Assembly (NCBI GenBank): GCA_965262245.1 | Contig: OZ253507.1 | Span: 8,220,911 to 8,284,910 of the forward strand | Direction of reading: 5' to 3' | From: Candidatus Marinacidobacterales bacterium | GTDB taxonomy: Bacteria; Acidobacteriota; Vicinamibacteria; Marinacidobacterales; SMYC01 | Length of the DNA stretch: 64,000 bases | Shown: positions 39,486 through 50,636 of the stretch, one piece after another | How positions within the stretch are numbered: position 1 is the first letter of the stretch | How the letters are laid out: every line of letters starts with the position of its first letter | Notes under the pieces: model-generated | Databases searched by the model: none | Told to the model about the DNA's origin: nothing | Seen by the model: only the letters and a program-made list of their open reading frames with translations | Translations under genes and position numbers: made by a program

Positions 39486-39959
39486 AGTGACCGTTAACCG
39501 AAGTTCGCTGCGCTAACTGTTTGAACCGCTCCAGGTTTTCCGGAGACTGTTTTAGTTGAGTCTCGCCGTCTCTAGCGAGCCTTCCTGCGACCGATAGTAG
39601 TTCATCTCGTACTCGACCGGGGAGACATTTCCAATCGGCTCCAAGAGTCGTTGCGTGTTGTGCCAATGCACTCACTCTAGGGTGACGAACTCGACGTCCT
39701 CGAGACCACGCCAGGGCCCGCGTCGACGGGTCACCTCGGTCTTGTAGAGGCCGATGATGGATTCAGCCAAAGCGTTATCGTAGGAGTCGCCTCGGCTTCC
39801 GACAGAGGGCTTGATGCCGAACTCGGCGAGCCGCTCGGTGTAACGGATCGAGAAGTACTGCACGCCCCGATCACTGTGATGCACCAACGGATCCTCGAGG
39901 TCGAGTCGACGCTCATGCAGCGCTTGCTCCAATGCATCGAGGACGATGTCAACGCTCAA
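39486..39959 (-). pseudogene. IS3-family OrfB C-terminal fragment (frameshifted), ending TGAGTGACC
   Basis: HHSDRGVQYFSIRYT...SRGDSYDNALAESIIGLYKTE, then out of frame EWVHWHNTQRLLEPIGNVSPVEYE. Confidence 0.7.
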
Positions 39960-40212
39960 CGATGTCGCCTGTCCCTTCCCGTCGTGTCCGAAAATACAAA
40001 CGAACTCTAAGACCCGCGCGCCGGTCCGGCGCCGAGTTCATCTATCATTATCGTGGAGAGCGCAACCATCAAGGGCTTGGCAACGCCTTTGTGTTCTTGG
40101 ACACGACGCGCTCCAGACTTCACCCCGCGCTTGGTCCGAACCGCACCCCGGTCTAACATGCCTGGGTTGCCAGCCGTGCGTCTACGCATGGCATAAAGGG
40201 AGGTTCTCTTCG

Positions 40213-40731
40213 ATGCACAGCCAAGTGACTCGTTTTGTTGTTCTTGTCGCGATCGCTGCCGTTGCGGTGAGCGTTGTGGCGTGGGCTCAGTCTCCCCGCG
40301 GCGCATCCAAAGCGACCATAGGCGGAAGCGAGGTTTCCGTGGACTACGGCCGGCCGAGTCTCCGGGGACGCGACATGCTCGGCCAAGCCCCCGTGGGTAC
40401 CGTTTGGCGCACAGGGGCGGATCAATCCACCACGTTCACGACCGGGGCCGACATCACCGTTTCCGGCACTGCGATCGCGAAGGGCGCGTACAGCTTGTTC
40501 ACGAAACGAGTGAGCGAAGACACGTGGCACCTAGTGTTCAACTCCCAGACCGGGCAGTGGGGCACGTCCCACGACGCCAGCCGCGACGTGGGCGAAGCCC
40601 AGCTTACGTGGAAGAAGGACGGAGACGCGACGGAACAGCTCACGATCGAGCTGTCCGGCTCCGGCAACAGCGGCGAGATCAAGCTGATGTGGGGGACCAA
40701 CGTCCTGATCGCTCTGATCGAGTCCAACTAG
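40213..40731 (+). CDS. DUF2911-family secreted protein
   Basis: Signal peptide MHSQVTRFVVLVAIAAVAVSVVAWAQSP, then ..VSVDYGRPSLRGRDMLGQAPVGTVWRTGAD..GQWGT.. Confidence 0.6.
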   Translation: MHSQVTRFVVLVAIAAVAVSVVAWAQSPRGASKATIGGSEVSVDYGRPSLRGRDMLGQAPVGTVWRTGADQSTTFTTGADITVSGTAIAKGAYSLFTKRVSEDTWHLVFNSQTGQWGTSHDASRDVGEAQLTWKKDGDATEQLTIELSGSGNSGEIKLMWGTNVLIALIESN

Positions 40732-41094
40732 CCGCGTTCTCGACTGGAATCCGGAGACGGCGCACTCCGTTTCACTCGCGAAGAGTGGTCGTGACGGGAT
40801 CCGTGCGGGTGACTCTTGTCGCAGGAACCCAACACGCGACGTACGCGACGGCGCGGAAGGAGAGCGAATCAAAGCGAGAAACACCGCGCAGGATACTCTG
40901 AAGAAGCTGGGTAACCTGTGCTCCGCAAAAAGTCGACCCCGTCCTGTGCCAAAACTCGGCCCTCTTGAAATAGACCACAAATCAGCAGCTTAGACGCCCT
41001 TGGAATCCGCCGACCTGACGAAGCTCCGGCACCAGCCGATCATATGGAAAGGCAATCCGCAGTCGCAAGCGACGTGAGCTTCGATGCGGGCACT

Positions 41095-43032
41095 CTAACC
41101 GCGATCGGGCGCCGGCTTCTGCTCCTCGAGCTCCATCCACCGCTCGAGTGCCTGCTCTAGGGACGTCTTGGCCGCCTCGAGCTCCTCGAGCACAGGCTCG
41201 ACCTCTTCAAAAGGCTGTGCGTAGAAATCAGACGCGCCCGTGCGCTCCTCGAGCACCGCGACTTCTTGCTCCAACGCTTCTATCTTCTCCGGGAGAGCGT
41301 CGAGCTCGAGCTTGAGCTTGTAGCTCAGCTTGGTCGCTGCCCGAGGCGGCTCGGGGCGCGGCTTCTGCTTCGCGTCGTCTCGGGGCGCTCGCGTGGGCCC
41401 TTCCTTCACCGCCAGCGCCCGGCCCTGCCGCGCCCAATCGCTGTAACCACCAACGTAATGCTGGAGCACGCCGCCCTCCTCGAAAACGAGCGTGCTCGTC
41501 ACGACGTTGTCGAGGAAGGTGCGGTCGTGGCTGACGAGGATCAACGTCCCTTTGTAGTCCACGAGCTGCTGTTCCAAAACCTCCAGCGTCTCGAGATCCA
41601 AATCGTTCGTCGGCTCGTCGAGCACGAGCAGGTTGGACGCGCGCGCGAACAGGCGCGCAAGGACGAGCCGGTTGCGCTCGCCTCCCGAAAGCGCCGCGAC
41701 TTTGGACCGCGTCCGCTTGGGACTGAACAGGAATGCGCCGAGGTAGCCGATGACGTGGCGATCGTTCCCCCCATTCGTCACGCTGCGCACAAACTCGCCG
41801 CCGTCGCTTACTGTCTCGGCGACGGTCTTGTCAGGGACGAGCTCCCGTCTCAGCTGATCGAAATAGGCGACCTCGAGCTTCGTCCCGAGCTTCACCGTGC
41901 CGGCCTCGGGCTCGAGCTCTCCGAGCATGATACGCAAGAGCGTGGTCTTCCCGACGCCGTTATTTCCGATGAGCCCTAGCCGGCCGCCGCGAAGAAGCTC
42001 GAGCGAGAGGCCCTCGAACAAGCGGTCCTCTCCATAGCCGTGAGCGACATTCTCGAGCTCGATCACTCGGCGACCGGAGCTCCGCGCCCGCTCGACACGC
42101 ATCCGAGCCGTGCCCTCGCGTTGCGCCCGCTCCCCATGGACCTTCCTCATCGCTTCGAGCGCACGCACGCGCCCTTCGTTTCTCGTGCGCCTCGCCTTGA
42201 TGCCTTGCCGAACCCACGCCTCTTCCTCCGAAAGGCGTTTGTCGAACAAAGCCTCGGCGCGCTCTTCAGCTTCGAGCGCCGCCTCTTTCCGGCGAAGAAA
42301 GTTCTGATAATCCCCCGGCCAGCTCGTGAGCGTCGCCCGATCGAGCTCGACGATTCGAGTCGCGATCCGCTCGAGAAGCGTGCGGTCATGGGTCACGAAG
42401 AGCAAGCTGCCCGAGAACGCTCGCACCCGTTCCTCGAGCCACTCGATCGTATCGAGATCGAGATGGTTCGTCGGCTCGTCGAGCAACAAAAGCTCGGGAC
42501 GGGAGACCAGCGCGCGCGCGAGGGCCGCTCGGCGCCGCCAGCCTCCCGATAGCGCGCTCATCTTTCGATCCGCGGGCAAGCCCATCTCGAGCATCAAGCT
42601 CTCCACGCGCTTCTCGAGATCCCATCCGGACTCGGCGTCGATACGGTGCTGAAGCTTCTCGAGCTCGCGGAGTCCAGGGGCATCCAGATTCTGCGTCGTA
42701 AGGCGTTGATACTCGTCGATCAAAAGCTGCAGTGAGCGCAACCCAGCCGCGACGTGATCGCGAACTGTGGCGTCGCCGGCTTCGGGGAGTGTCTGCGCGA
42801 GCTGGCTTATGCGGAGGTCCGCTTTGTGTTTGATTTGGCCGGCATCGGGCTTCTCGTCTCCGGCGATGAGTCGGAGCAAGGTCGTTTTACCGGCGCCGTT
42901 GCGCCCGATGAGGCACACCCGCTCACCCGGCTCGAGCACGAGAGAGGCCTCGCGCAATATGGGGTGGTCGCCGATCTCGTAGCTTACAGCGTCGACGGTC
43001 AGAAGCGGCATCAGCGCCGGGATTATAGACAT
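41095..43032 (-). CDS. ABC-F family ATPase (two ABC domains, linker, C-terminal coiled coil; Uup/EttA-like)
   Basis: Two Walker A (GRNGAGKTT, GNNGVGKTT), two LSGG signatures, and coiled-coil tail. Confidence 0.85.
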   Translation of the reverse strand: MSIIPALMPLLTVDAVSYEIGDHPILREASLVLEPGERVCLIGRNGAGKTTLLRLIAGDEKPDAGQIKHKADLRISQLAQTLPEAGDATVRDHVAAGLRSLQLLIDEYQRLTTQNLDAPGLRELEKLQHRIDAESGWDLEKRVESLMLEMGLPADRKMSALSGGWRRRAALARALVSRPELLLLDEPTNHLDLDTIEWLEERVRAFSGSLLFVTHDRTLLERIATRIVELDRATLTSWPGDYQNFLRRKEAALEAEERAEALFDKRLSEEEAWVRQGIKARRTRNEGRVRALEAMRKVHGERAQREGTARMRVERARSSGRRVIELENVAHGYGEDRLFEGLSLELLRGGRLGLIGNNGVGKTTLLRIMLGELEPEAGTVKLGTKLEVAYFDQLRRELVPDKTVAETVSDGGEFVRSVTNGGNDRHVIGYLGAFLFSPKRTRSKVAALSGGERNRLVLARLFARASNLLVLDEPTNDLDLETLEVLEQQLVDYKGTLILVSHDRTFLDNVVTSTLVFEEGGVLQHYVGGYSDWARQGRALAVKEGPTRAPRDDAKQKPRPEPPRAATKLSYKLKLELDALPEKIEALEQEVAVLEERTGASDFYAQPFEEVEPVLEELEAAKTSLEQALERWMELEEQKPAPDRG

Positions 43033-43090
43033 TTCGTTGCGATGGGCGTCCACGGGGGAGTCGAGTTACGATGAAATTCCGGCAGTTGTC

Positions 43091-44115
43091 GGCGTTGTTG
43101 CACCGCTCTGGCTGAGAGCGAAATCCGCCTATGGTGGTGGCCGAGGTATGTTCGAGCATGAAGTATCCCAAGCGCTGCCAGTACAAGCACGCGAAGCAGA
43201 AGAAGTACCACGTTCGCAACTGGGCGGAATACAACGAAGGGCTGCGCCGCCGGGGCGATTTGACAGTCTGGTTTGACGAGGAGGCAATCGCGAACTGGAA
43301 GGCCGACAAGACCGGTAAGCCTGGCGGTCAACGGGTCTATTCAGACATGGCGATTGAAACGGGCCTGGTTGTCCGGATGGTGTACAAGCTCGCCTACCGA
43401 CAAACCGAAGGCTTCTTGCACTCGATCGCCTCGCTTCTCGGGCTCGGTATCGAGATCCCGGACTACTCGACGTTGTGTCGGCGCTCGATGTTGCTCCGCA
43501 AGAAGCTGCGGATTCCGAAAGCCGCGAGCACTCAACCCATCCACCTGATGATCGATAGCACGGGCTTGAGGATTCATGTTGGAAACGCTCGCAAACCGCC
43601 AAAGCAGCGCGCATGGCGCAAGTTGCACATCGCCGTTGATCGCGAGACAGGGAACATTGTTGCGTCCGAACTGACGGCGTCACGAGCTCGCGACGCAACC
43701 CGAGTCCCCGCTTTGCTAACACAGATTCAAGCACCTCTAGTGTCGGTGGCGGCGGACAGTGCATACGACAAGGAAGCGGTCTACGAAGCCATCGAAGCGC
43801 ACAGTCCTGGACGAAGGACGCGCGTGGTGATTCCGCCGCAACGAAACGCGACGCTCAGTCAGAATTCGAACACCGCCATGCAGGAGCGCGATCGCCATAT
43901 TCGTGCCATCGAAAGACACGGCCGACGTGAATGGTACAAGCTCTCAGGCTACACCAAGCGAAGCATGGTGGAGAACGCGGTCTATCGTTACAAGGCGATC
44001 ATCGGGCCGGAGATGCGGGCTCGAACGTTGGCGAGGCAACGAGTTGAACACCGAATTGGGTGCGAGATACTCAACAAGATGGCTGCGCTCGGGATGCCCG
44101 ATACGTACTGCGCCG
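43091..44115 (+). mobile_element. IS5-family copy, right end truncated and replaced by a family-B terminal repeat
   Basis: Left TIR GGCGTTGTTGCACCG at 43091. Transposase 43131.. diverges after ..MPDTYCA. Confidence 0.75.
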
Positions 44116-44328
44116 AGGCGCGGCCTATCTCGTTGTGTCCAAAAACACAAACGAACTCAAGATCGGCGCGCCGGGGCCGTTTCGATCGTCATCAACCTGT
44201 GGCGAGCTCCAGATCTGGGGGTCGGAGGCGATGTCGGCGATTCGAGTTCTCCGTACGCGCAGGGAAAACACCGTCCAGCAAGGGGATGCCACGCTCCCGA
44301 GCGGAAACCTTGGGTCCAGGGCCCAGGC

Positions 44329-44495
44329 GGTGCTTGCGCTGTTTACTGTTGGTGATGTGTACGCATCCCTTTGCAAAAAAGGCGCTTACGCTCTATTTAG
44401 CGCGCAGCGAAGGTCACGAGCGCTATTTTAGCTGTAACTTAATGCACCGTAAAGTCTTAGCGTCATCTCACCAACACTTGATGGCGCAAGCACCG
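44329..44495. repeat. MITE F1 copy
   Basis: Same unit. Confidence 0.7.
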
Positions 44496-44640
44496 GGCTG
44501 CCGAGCTCTTGGACGCCTCCACGAGGGCTGAAGCGCAAGGCAAGAACCCTGTCGCCGTAGCGCTAGGACTCGGGAATCGTAAGAGCCTCCTTCCTCTTCG
44601 ATCCGAATAGAACGGCGGTCAATTATAGTTGTGAAAGCCA

Positions 44641-44991
44641 ATGGAATATTCTAAACGAAAAGAACTCTATAGTTGCATTGAACGGGACCGAAACACCAAG
44701 GTGCTGTCCTTCATAACGAGTGACCGCAAAGGCATGGAAACGGTCATTGCTCAGGATTGCATTGATCCATTTGTTGACCTTCTCGAAAAAATAGGACCGA
44801 CCAAGCGGATATCTTTAATTCTGCACACTAACGGAGGGCAAACTCTCGCGGCATGGCGGCTAGTGAATCTTATACGCATATTTTGCGACGAACTTGAAGT
44901 ACTAATTCCACTGAAAGCTCTTAGTGCTGGCACTCTAATTTCTATAGGTGCAGATCGAGTGGTCATGACGAAGCAGGCGAGGATATCCTGA
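44641..44991 (+). pseudogene. ClpP/crotonase-fold serine protease (S49/SDH-like) N-terminal fragment in an AT-rich patch
   Basis: LILHTNGGQTLAAWRLVNLIR...LKALSAGTLISIGADRVVM. Only 116 aa; followed by the IS256 transposase. Confidence 0.45.
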
Positions 44992-45010
44992 ATCTAGTTG
45001 AAATCGGTGA

Positions 45011-46210
45011 GTGACTCCCTTCAAGATCGTCGGTGTCAAAGCTGGCGATCAAAAAGAAAGGAGCCACCCGGTGAGAGCAGATACGAAGAAGAGAAAGAAT
45101 GCAACACAGATGCTGAGGGCGACGCAGGAGCAAGAGTGGTGGGCGGATCAAGTTGTGCATGTGATGCTGGAGGGCAAGCGAGCGCTGGACGCCGCGATGC
45201 TCGATGTCGGACGCCTGGTAGCTGAGACGCTCATGTACATGGAGCGCGAAGAGAGATCTGGGCCAGACTACCATCCTACGTCGTCCGGGCTTCGCAAATG
45301 GGCGAGTCAACGTGGGTCGATCTATGTCGGTGACCAGAAGCTCCCTGTCGAGCACCCTCGATTGCGGGGCCCGGAGGGTGAGGTCGGGCTGAGAACCTAC
45401 GAGCAGCTCAAGAATCGCGGGGGCTTTTCGGAGGAACTCCTGTCGGAGGTGCTTCGGGGAATGTCTGCTCGCAAGTACGAAGAGACGGTGACGGCGGCAG
45501 GCAAGGCTTTCGGTGTGACGCCGAGCTCGGTGTCCCGCCATCTGGTCGAGGCGACGGCGAAGCAGCTGAAGCAGTTCCAGGAGCGCAGTCTCGAAGAGTT
45601 TCCGCTCTTCGCGATGTACCTAGACACGGTCCACCGCGGCGGTCAGGCGTTCGTGGTCGCGCTCGGCGTGGACCGTGAAGGGAAAAAGCTCCCCCTGGGC
45701 TTCTGGGAAGGGGCGACGGAGAACCACGAGATCTGCGAGGAATTGCTGGAAGAGTTGGAGCGACGGGGGTTAAAGCTCTCCAAACGGATCCTCTGGGTAA
45801 CCGATGGTGGCGGGGGGATCATCAAGGCGCTCAAAGACCGATACGGTAAGAAGCTCATCCACCAGCGGTGTACTTTGCACAAAGACCGCAACATCCAGCG
45901 CCACCTGCCCAAACGCTACCGCAAGCAGGCACACCACCTCTTCGCGACTGCCTTGGAGCAGAACAGCTACAAGGACGCGAAGAAGATGTTGCAGGAGTTC
46001 GAGCGCTGGCTTCGCGACATCAACGAGTCGGCGGCAGACTCACTCCTCGAGGCACTCGAGGAGGTGCTGATGCTCCACAAGTTGAAGGTCCCCGCTCTAC
46101 TGCGCCAGAGCCTGCACTCGACGAATCCTATAGAGAGTATGTTCTCCATGGTTCGTAGTTGCGAGCGCAACATCAAACGCTACGGTGCTTCCGCCATTAA
46201 GTGTTGGTGA
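45011..46210 (+). CDS. IS256-family (mutator-type) transposase, 3' end replaced by MITE F1
   Basis: ..LHSTNPIESMFSMVRSCERN.. then ..YGASAIKCW* is encoded by the MITE terminal inverted repeat. Confidence 0.75.
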   Translation: MTPFKIVGVKAGDQKERSHPVRADTKKRKNATQMLRATQEQEWWADQVVHVMLEGKRALDAAMLDVGRLVAETLMYMEREERSGPDYHPTSSGLRKWASQRGSIYVGDQKLPVEHPRLRGPEGEVGLRTYEQLKNRGGFSEELLSEVLRGMSARKYEETVTAAGKAFGVTPSSVSRHLVEATAKQLKQFQERSLEEFPLFAMYLDTVHRGGQAFVVALGVDREGKKLPLGFWEGATENHEICEELLEELERRGLKLSKRILWVTDGGGGIIKALKDRYGKKLIHQRCTLHKDRNIQRHLPKRYRKQAHHLFATALEQNSYKDAKKMLQEFERWLRDINESAADSLLEALEEVLMLHKLKVPALLRQSLHSTNPIESMFSMVRSCERNIKRYGASAIKCW

Positions 46211-46349
46211 GATGACGCTAAGACTTTACGCTGCATTAAATTACAGCCAAAATAGCGCTCGCGACCTTTGCCGCGCGCTACATAGAGCGTAAGCGCTTTT
46301 TTTGCAAATGGATACGTACACATCACCAACAGCAAACAGCGCAAGCACC
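46185..46349. repeat. MITE F1 copy abutting the IS256 transposase
   Basis: GGTGCTTCCGCCATTAAGTGTTGGTG...CACCAACAGCAAACAGCGCAAGCACC. Confidence 0.75.
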
Positions 46350-47415
46350 ATCATGGAGCTGAAGATAACACCCTCGGGCCAGACGATTGTAAAGCCTACG
46401 GCCCTTGGCCCCGGCGCAAACACAGACACTAAGCTGCTGATTTATGGCCTATTTCAAAAGGGCCGAGTTTTGGCACAGGACGGGGTATACACGAATTCGC
46501 GGTGCCCTCTCGAATCTCGGCCATATCGTAGCCAGGAGCACCATCGCAAGTATTCTGCGGGAACACGGCATCGAGCCCGCGCCGCTTAGGGCTTCCGCTT
46601 TAACCGAAGCATGCTTAGAGGAAAATCTTCAGTAGCAATCATCGAACCAATCACGAGCAATCGGAATGAACGAGTTGACGGCCGCGCCAAGTTGAGCACC
46701 CATCGCGGGTGACGCCGCGTAGACCTTTTTCCCCTGGTTCCGAACGGCCTCCACTGCCGGGCGCGCACCGAACTTGACTAGTCTCCGGTCTGCCGGGACC
46801 ATGCCGGCATGATTTCGTCGTTTGTTCGCGCTCTCGTCTCTAGAGGACCTAGAACCGAGGCCGGGGCTACCGCGGCGCAGCGGGCTAAAGCACGTTCTGG
46901 TCCAGGTGCGGCCCGGGCCTGGACCCAGGTTTCCGCTCGGGAGCGTGGCATCCCGTCCTGTGCCAAAACTCGGCCCTTTTGAAATAGACCACAAATCAGC
47001 AGCTTAGACCCCCTTGGAATCCGCGCAGAGGGGAATCCAGGGTATTTCGCGCCGCAGGGCTGACTTCCGACCCATGGGCTGGCGGATGAATAAATAGAAG
47101 GCACAACCGGCTAGGACCGGCGCACCCACAAAGTTACTCGGTCTATCAGTCCTCAAACCAGAACTCAAGCCCGGCCCGCCACCAGCCGACGCCTATTTCC
47201 CACTGGATGGAGGTCTTGTATTCAGCGAGCGACCCGGCGACTCAAAGGCATGTAGCGGGACGACCGACATTTTGGCGTGGGAAGATTACCACAGGACAAT
47301 GTGATATAAATACCAATCCGTGCGATATGCTAGCTTTTTACCAAGAGATGTGAGAGCGCCATGAGCCGAGAGCGTGCTAGCGTGAGCCGAACATCTTTCT
47401 AAGAAATGAGATAGG

Positions 47416-47640
47416 ATGAGCCAAGAACTGATTGGAATCATCACTGTGGGCGTCTCCCTCGGTGGAGGAATGTTTCTTGCGTGGCGGGAATTGTCACGAG
47501 AGATCACGGACCTCAGAGAGCGTATGTCACGAGAGATCACGGACCTCAGAGAGCGTATGTCACGAGAGATCACGGACCTCAGAGAGCGTATGGCGAAACT
47601 CGAAGGATTGTTCGAGGGCTTCGTGGGGAGAAGTCAATGA
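47416..47640 (+). CDS. small protein: N-terminal TM helix plus 3x perfect 11-residue repeat (SREITDLRERM)
   Basis: MSQELIGIITVGVSLGGGMFLAW then three identical repeats. AT-rich islet. Confidence 0.45.
   Translation: MSQELIGIITVGVSLGGGMFLAWRELSREITDLRERMSREITDLRERMSREITDLRERMAKLEGLFEGFVGRSQ
47493..47591 (+). repeat. 3x perfect 33-bp tandem repeat (GTCACGAGAGATCACGGACCTCAGAGAGCGTAT)
   Basis: Seen directly. In frame inside ORF 47416..47640. Confidence 0.95.
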
Positions 47641-47930
47641 ACGCCGATTTCGCTAACCGATTCAAATACGAATTCGATGCAGCTATGAGAATATTGACTC
47701 GAATCTCAAAACAGCACGATAAGTTGATAAAAAATGCGATCGAACTCGACACAGGTTTGGAATCTACTAGCGGCCAAAAAGTTATGGAAGCCGCAGAACT
47801 AACCGTAACGCAAGGTATTGCTGTTCAGGATGCCATGCAAGAATTCAAGTCTGCAACCTCACATCTTCATGAAAAATGGGCTGGTTTATTCAAGTTATTT
47901 GATGATTTGAGGTACACGAAATTTTCATGA
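47638..47930 (+). CDS. hypothetical protein (97 aa), start overlaps the upstream stop (ATGA)
   Basis: Open frame in the AT-rich islet. Confidence 0.35.
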
Positions 47931-47996
47931 ATAACCTTTGCTTGACAAAAATACATAAAGTAGTATACCCGTCCTAAAGAAAAAGGAGGAGTAGCC

Positions 47997-48371
47997 ATGG
48001 CTTTAACGTCCATAATCACTTTTAATGCCCAGCTGTGTGCTGGCATCAAATGGGACAAGGAAGCTGGTGTGTTTGTCACTTGGGCTCCCAGTCTTCAACT
48101 GTTCTCTCAAGGGAAATCCAGAACTGAAGCCAAAAGAGCACTCACGGATGCAGTTGGCTTGCTACTGACCACTGCCTATGACATGGACATCTTGGAAACT
48201 GTGCTCAAAGGTGCAGGGCTACAACCTGCATCTCCCAGTACATCTATCGCAGATCTGGATGAATACATCTCTGTTCAGGAAGAGATTCTTGAACAGAAAG
48301 AGTTTGCCCCTTTTGCACTAGCACCCATCCCCATCAGACTGACCAATGCTGCAATGGTTGCCACAGCCTAA
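47997..48371 (+). CDS. HicB-like (UPF0150) antitoxin-family protein
   Basis: GGAGGAG RBS. ..ITFNAQLCAGIKWDKEAGVFVTWAPSLQLFSQGKSRTEAKRALTDAVGLLL matches the HicB N-domain pattern. Confidence 0.5.
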   Translation: MALTSIITFNAQLCAGIKWDKEAGVFVTWAPSLQLFSQGKSRTEAKRALTDAVGLLLTTAYDMDILETVLKGAGLQPASPSTSIADLDEYISVQEEILEQKEFAPFALAPIPIRLTNAAMVATA

Positions 48372-48663
48372 TCGAGTGCCAGTACCTGCCCCAACCTCTC
48401 CGATTAAGTTCAAAGAACTTCTGGAGAAGTTTGGATGTGGTGTGGTCAATGAAAGTGATTACAACTGGGTTCTGAAAACCCCGGACCCCAGTCGGCCTCT
48501 CATCACCATTCCAAAGAAGGGAGATACAATCTCCCTGTCCATAATGATGCCCACCATGGATATGTTGCGTATGGACAATGGCACCTACTTCAAATTAAAG
48601 AGAGAGGTGGAGGAAGGCAGGGACGATGAGCCCCCGGTCCTCGCCAGCCGGCCCAAGATGTAG
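48346..48663 (+). CDS. HicA/YcfA-like toxin-family protein (putative)
   Basis: ..IKFKELLEKFGCGVVNESDYNWVLKTPDPSRPLITIPKKGDTISLSIMMPTMDMLRM. Start overlaps the HicB-like gene by 26 nt. Lacks the usual His. Confidence 0.4.
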   Translation: MLQWLPQPNRVPVPAPTSPIKFKELLEKFGCGVVNESDYNWVLKTPDPSRPLITIPKKGDTISLSIMMPTMDMLRMDNGTYFKLKREVEEGRDDEPPVLASRPKM

Positions 48664-49825
48664 GGGTCAGGGTCGGTGCTTCCGCAATTAAGTGTTGGTG
48701 GCTGCCGCGTAACCCGCTCGTGTGCTAGAGTTTGAGCCTGATTTCGAGAGACGCAGTTCTTTCGGCGATGCGGGCTGGGCTGACCACACGGTGGGGAGTG
48801 ACCGAAATCGTTCGTTCACTCGAAAGTACCGTTCCGCATCATCGACCGGCAGGCCGACCAGATGGACGGCCTGATCGGCGACCTGCTCGATGCCGGGCGC
48901 ATCGAGACGGGCACGCTGTCGGTCGCGCCCGAGCCGACCCAGGTGACGGCGCTGGTAGACCAGGCGCGCAGCACCTTCGTGAGCGGCGGCGCCCGGCACA
49001 CGCTCCTCATCGACCTCGCGCCGGACCTGCCTGTGCCTTCTATTTATTCATCCGCGCGCATCGAACTGGATTAGTCTCCAGTCTGCCGGCATCATGCCTG
49101 CATGATTTCGTCGTTTGTTCGCGCTCTCATCGCAGCCCTCAAGGCTCGGCCCGAGCTAGCTCTCGGGAAAGTCGCTCTTCGCGCGTCTGGAGATTCAGGG
49201 TTTAGTCCGACATCTGCTGGTAGCCGCTTCCGGCTCCCTTCGCGTTTTCAGACACGACGGGGTCCAGGCGCGCCTGTCTTGAGTTCGTTTGTATTCTTGG
49301 ACACGACGCGAAGAGCGACAGGACTACGCCGGCCGTTGCGCGCTGATGTGTGCAACGCCGCGAAAACAGGACGACGCACAACCCGACCTGAACGCGAGGA
49401 CTGATACTGAACGCGCGATGCGAGGTCTGATTCTGGTGGCGGTCGGCGCCGCCTCTCTTGCCGCCGGCGGTTTCATCGCGCTGAGACGCGCCCACGTGGA
49501 ACGCGCGCGATCGGGCCGGGTCACCGTGCCGACGGTCATCGCCGCCTTTGTCGCCTACCTTGGGCCGAGCGTCTGTTCGCTGCTGGCGTCGTGGTGGTCG
49601 GGCCTGGCTGCTTCCGCTTCCGCGCGGGCTGGCCTACCCCGTCCTGTGCCAACACTCGGCCCTTTTGAAATAGACCATCAGTGTCATGAATTGACGGACA
49701 CGAGCTACCCTCAAAAGGAGTGGAAATGAAGTAAAGTAATTGGAATCCTTCGTTCAAGGGGAAACCGTAGTACCCTAAGAGCGTCTTTCAATGCAGAAGA
49801 GGGCAGTGCCATTTGGAGGAGGACT

Positions 49826-50077
49826 ATGGCCAAAGCGCGAGTGTTGACGAGGTCGGAACTAGCCGAGCATTTGGGCGTCGATAAACAGATGGTAACAAAA
49901 TGGGCGCGGTCTGGGATGCCGGTCCACACTAGAGGGCGCGGCGTGGCGTCTCAATTCCGTCTGCGGGAGGTCCGGGCGTGGCTAAAGGTGCGGGAAGCCA
50001 AGGCCAAAGCGGCGGAGAAGGCAAAGGTGCGAGAAGCCAAAGCGGCAGAGAAGGCGAAGAAGACAGCGAAGCAATAA
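49826..50077 (+). CDS. AlpA/excisionase-like HTH DNA-binding protein with Lys/Ala-rich tail
   Basis: VLTRSELAEHLGVDKQMVTKWARSGMPVHTRGRGVASQFRLREVRAWL. Confidence 0.55.
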   Translation: MAKARVLTRSELAEHLGVDKQMVTKWARSGMPVHTRGRGVASQFRLREVRAWLKVREAKAKAAEKAKVREAKAAEKAKKTAKQ

Positions 50078-50636
50078 GACGCGGCGGCGATAAGGTGAGA
50101 CAAGTCTGACTGCGCGAGTCCTTGGAACTCGCTAGTCTCGCGGTACCGGTTGCCAACGACGCTGCTCGGGGAGCGCGATGACGTCGTACTCCTGGTCTTC
50201 GGTGACGAGTGCCTCTTCGAAACTGCGAAAGCTGTCGACGGCTTGCTTGCCCAGATGGAGCTCTATTCGCCGGAAGATAATCAGCTGGCTTCGATTCATC
50301 GTTCACACTCTCTCGAATACCAGCCGTTCGAGCCAGTTGAGACAGTCGAGCCCGTCCTGTGCCAAAACTCGGCCCTTTTGAAATAGACCACAAATCAGCA
50401 GCTTAGACGCCCTTGGAATCCGCGCAGAATCGAGGGTGTTTCGCGCCGCAGGGCTGACTTACGACCCCTGGGCTGCGGGTGGCGAGCGACAGGCCCACCG
50501 GGGGTGCGCACGGCTGGCTCAAATCGGCTGTGGGGCGAGCTACGGGCAGTGAGCTTCGCACCCGGAGGGCAGTGAGCTTCGCACCCGGAAGTCCCTCATT
50601 AGACTGGACTTTATCGAGCAGAAGAGCGAACGTTCG

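Noticed and set aside
39472-39675. 67-aa ORF apparently forming an operon with the 537-aa gene
   Set aside because: It lies entirely inside the IS3 OrfB remnant in the wrong frame. The true IS3 reading frame (..EWVHWHNTQRLLEPIGNVSPVEYE) overlaps it.
43131-44531. 466-aa ORF suggesting an unusually long IS5 transposase
   Set aside because: Homology to the 329-aa transposase stops at ..MPDTYCA (about 44115). The remainder is read-through into a family-B terminal repeat and a MITE F1 copy.
46185-46349. Idea that MITE F1 is the deletion derivative of the IS256-family element because its TIR encodes the transposase C-terminus
   Set aside because: A genuine IS256-type transposase should continue ~50 aa beyond ..NPIES... 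Here the frame is cut by the MITE, so the juxtaposition is an insertion, not the native right end. No matching left TIR exists upstream of the transposase.
47493-47591. Possible CRISPR array
   Set aside because: Three perfectly identical contiguous 33-bp units with no spacers. It is an in-frame coding tandem repeat, not a CRISPR.
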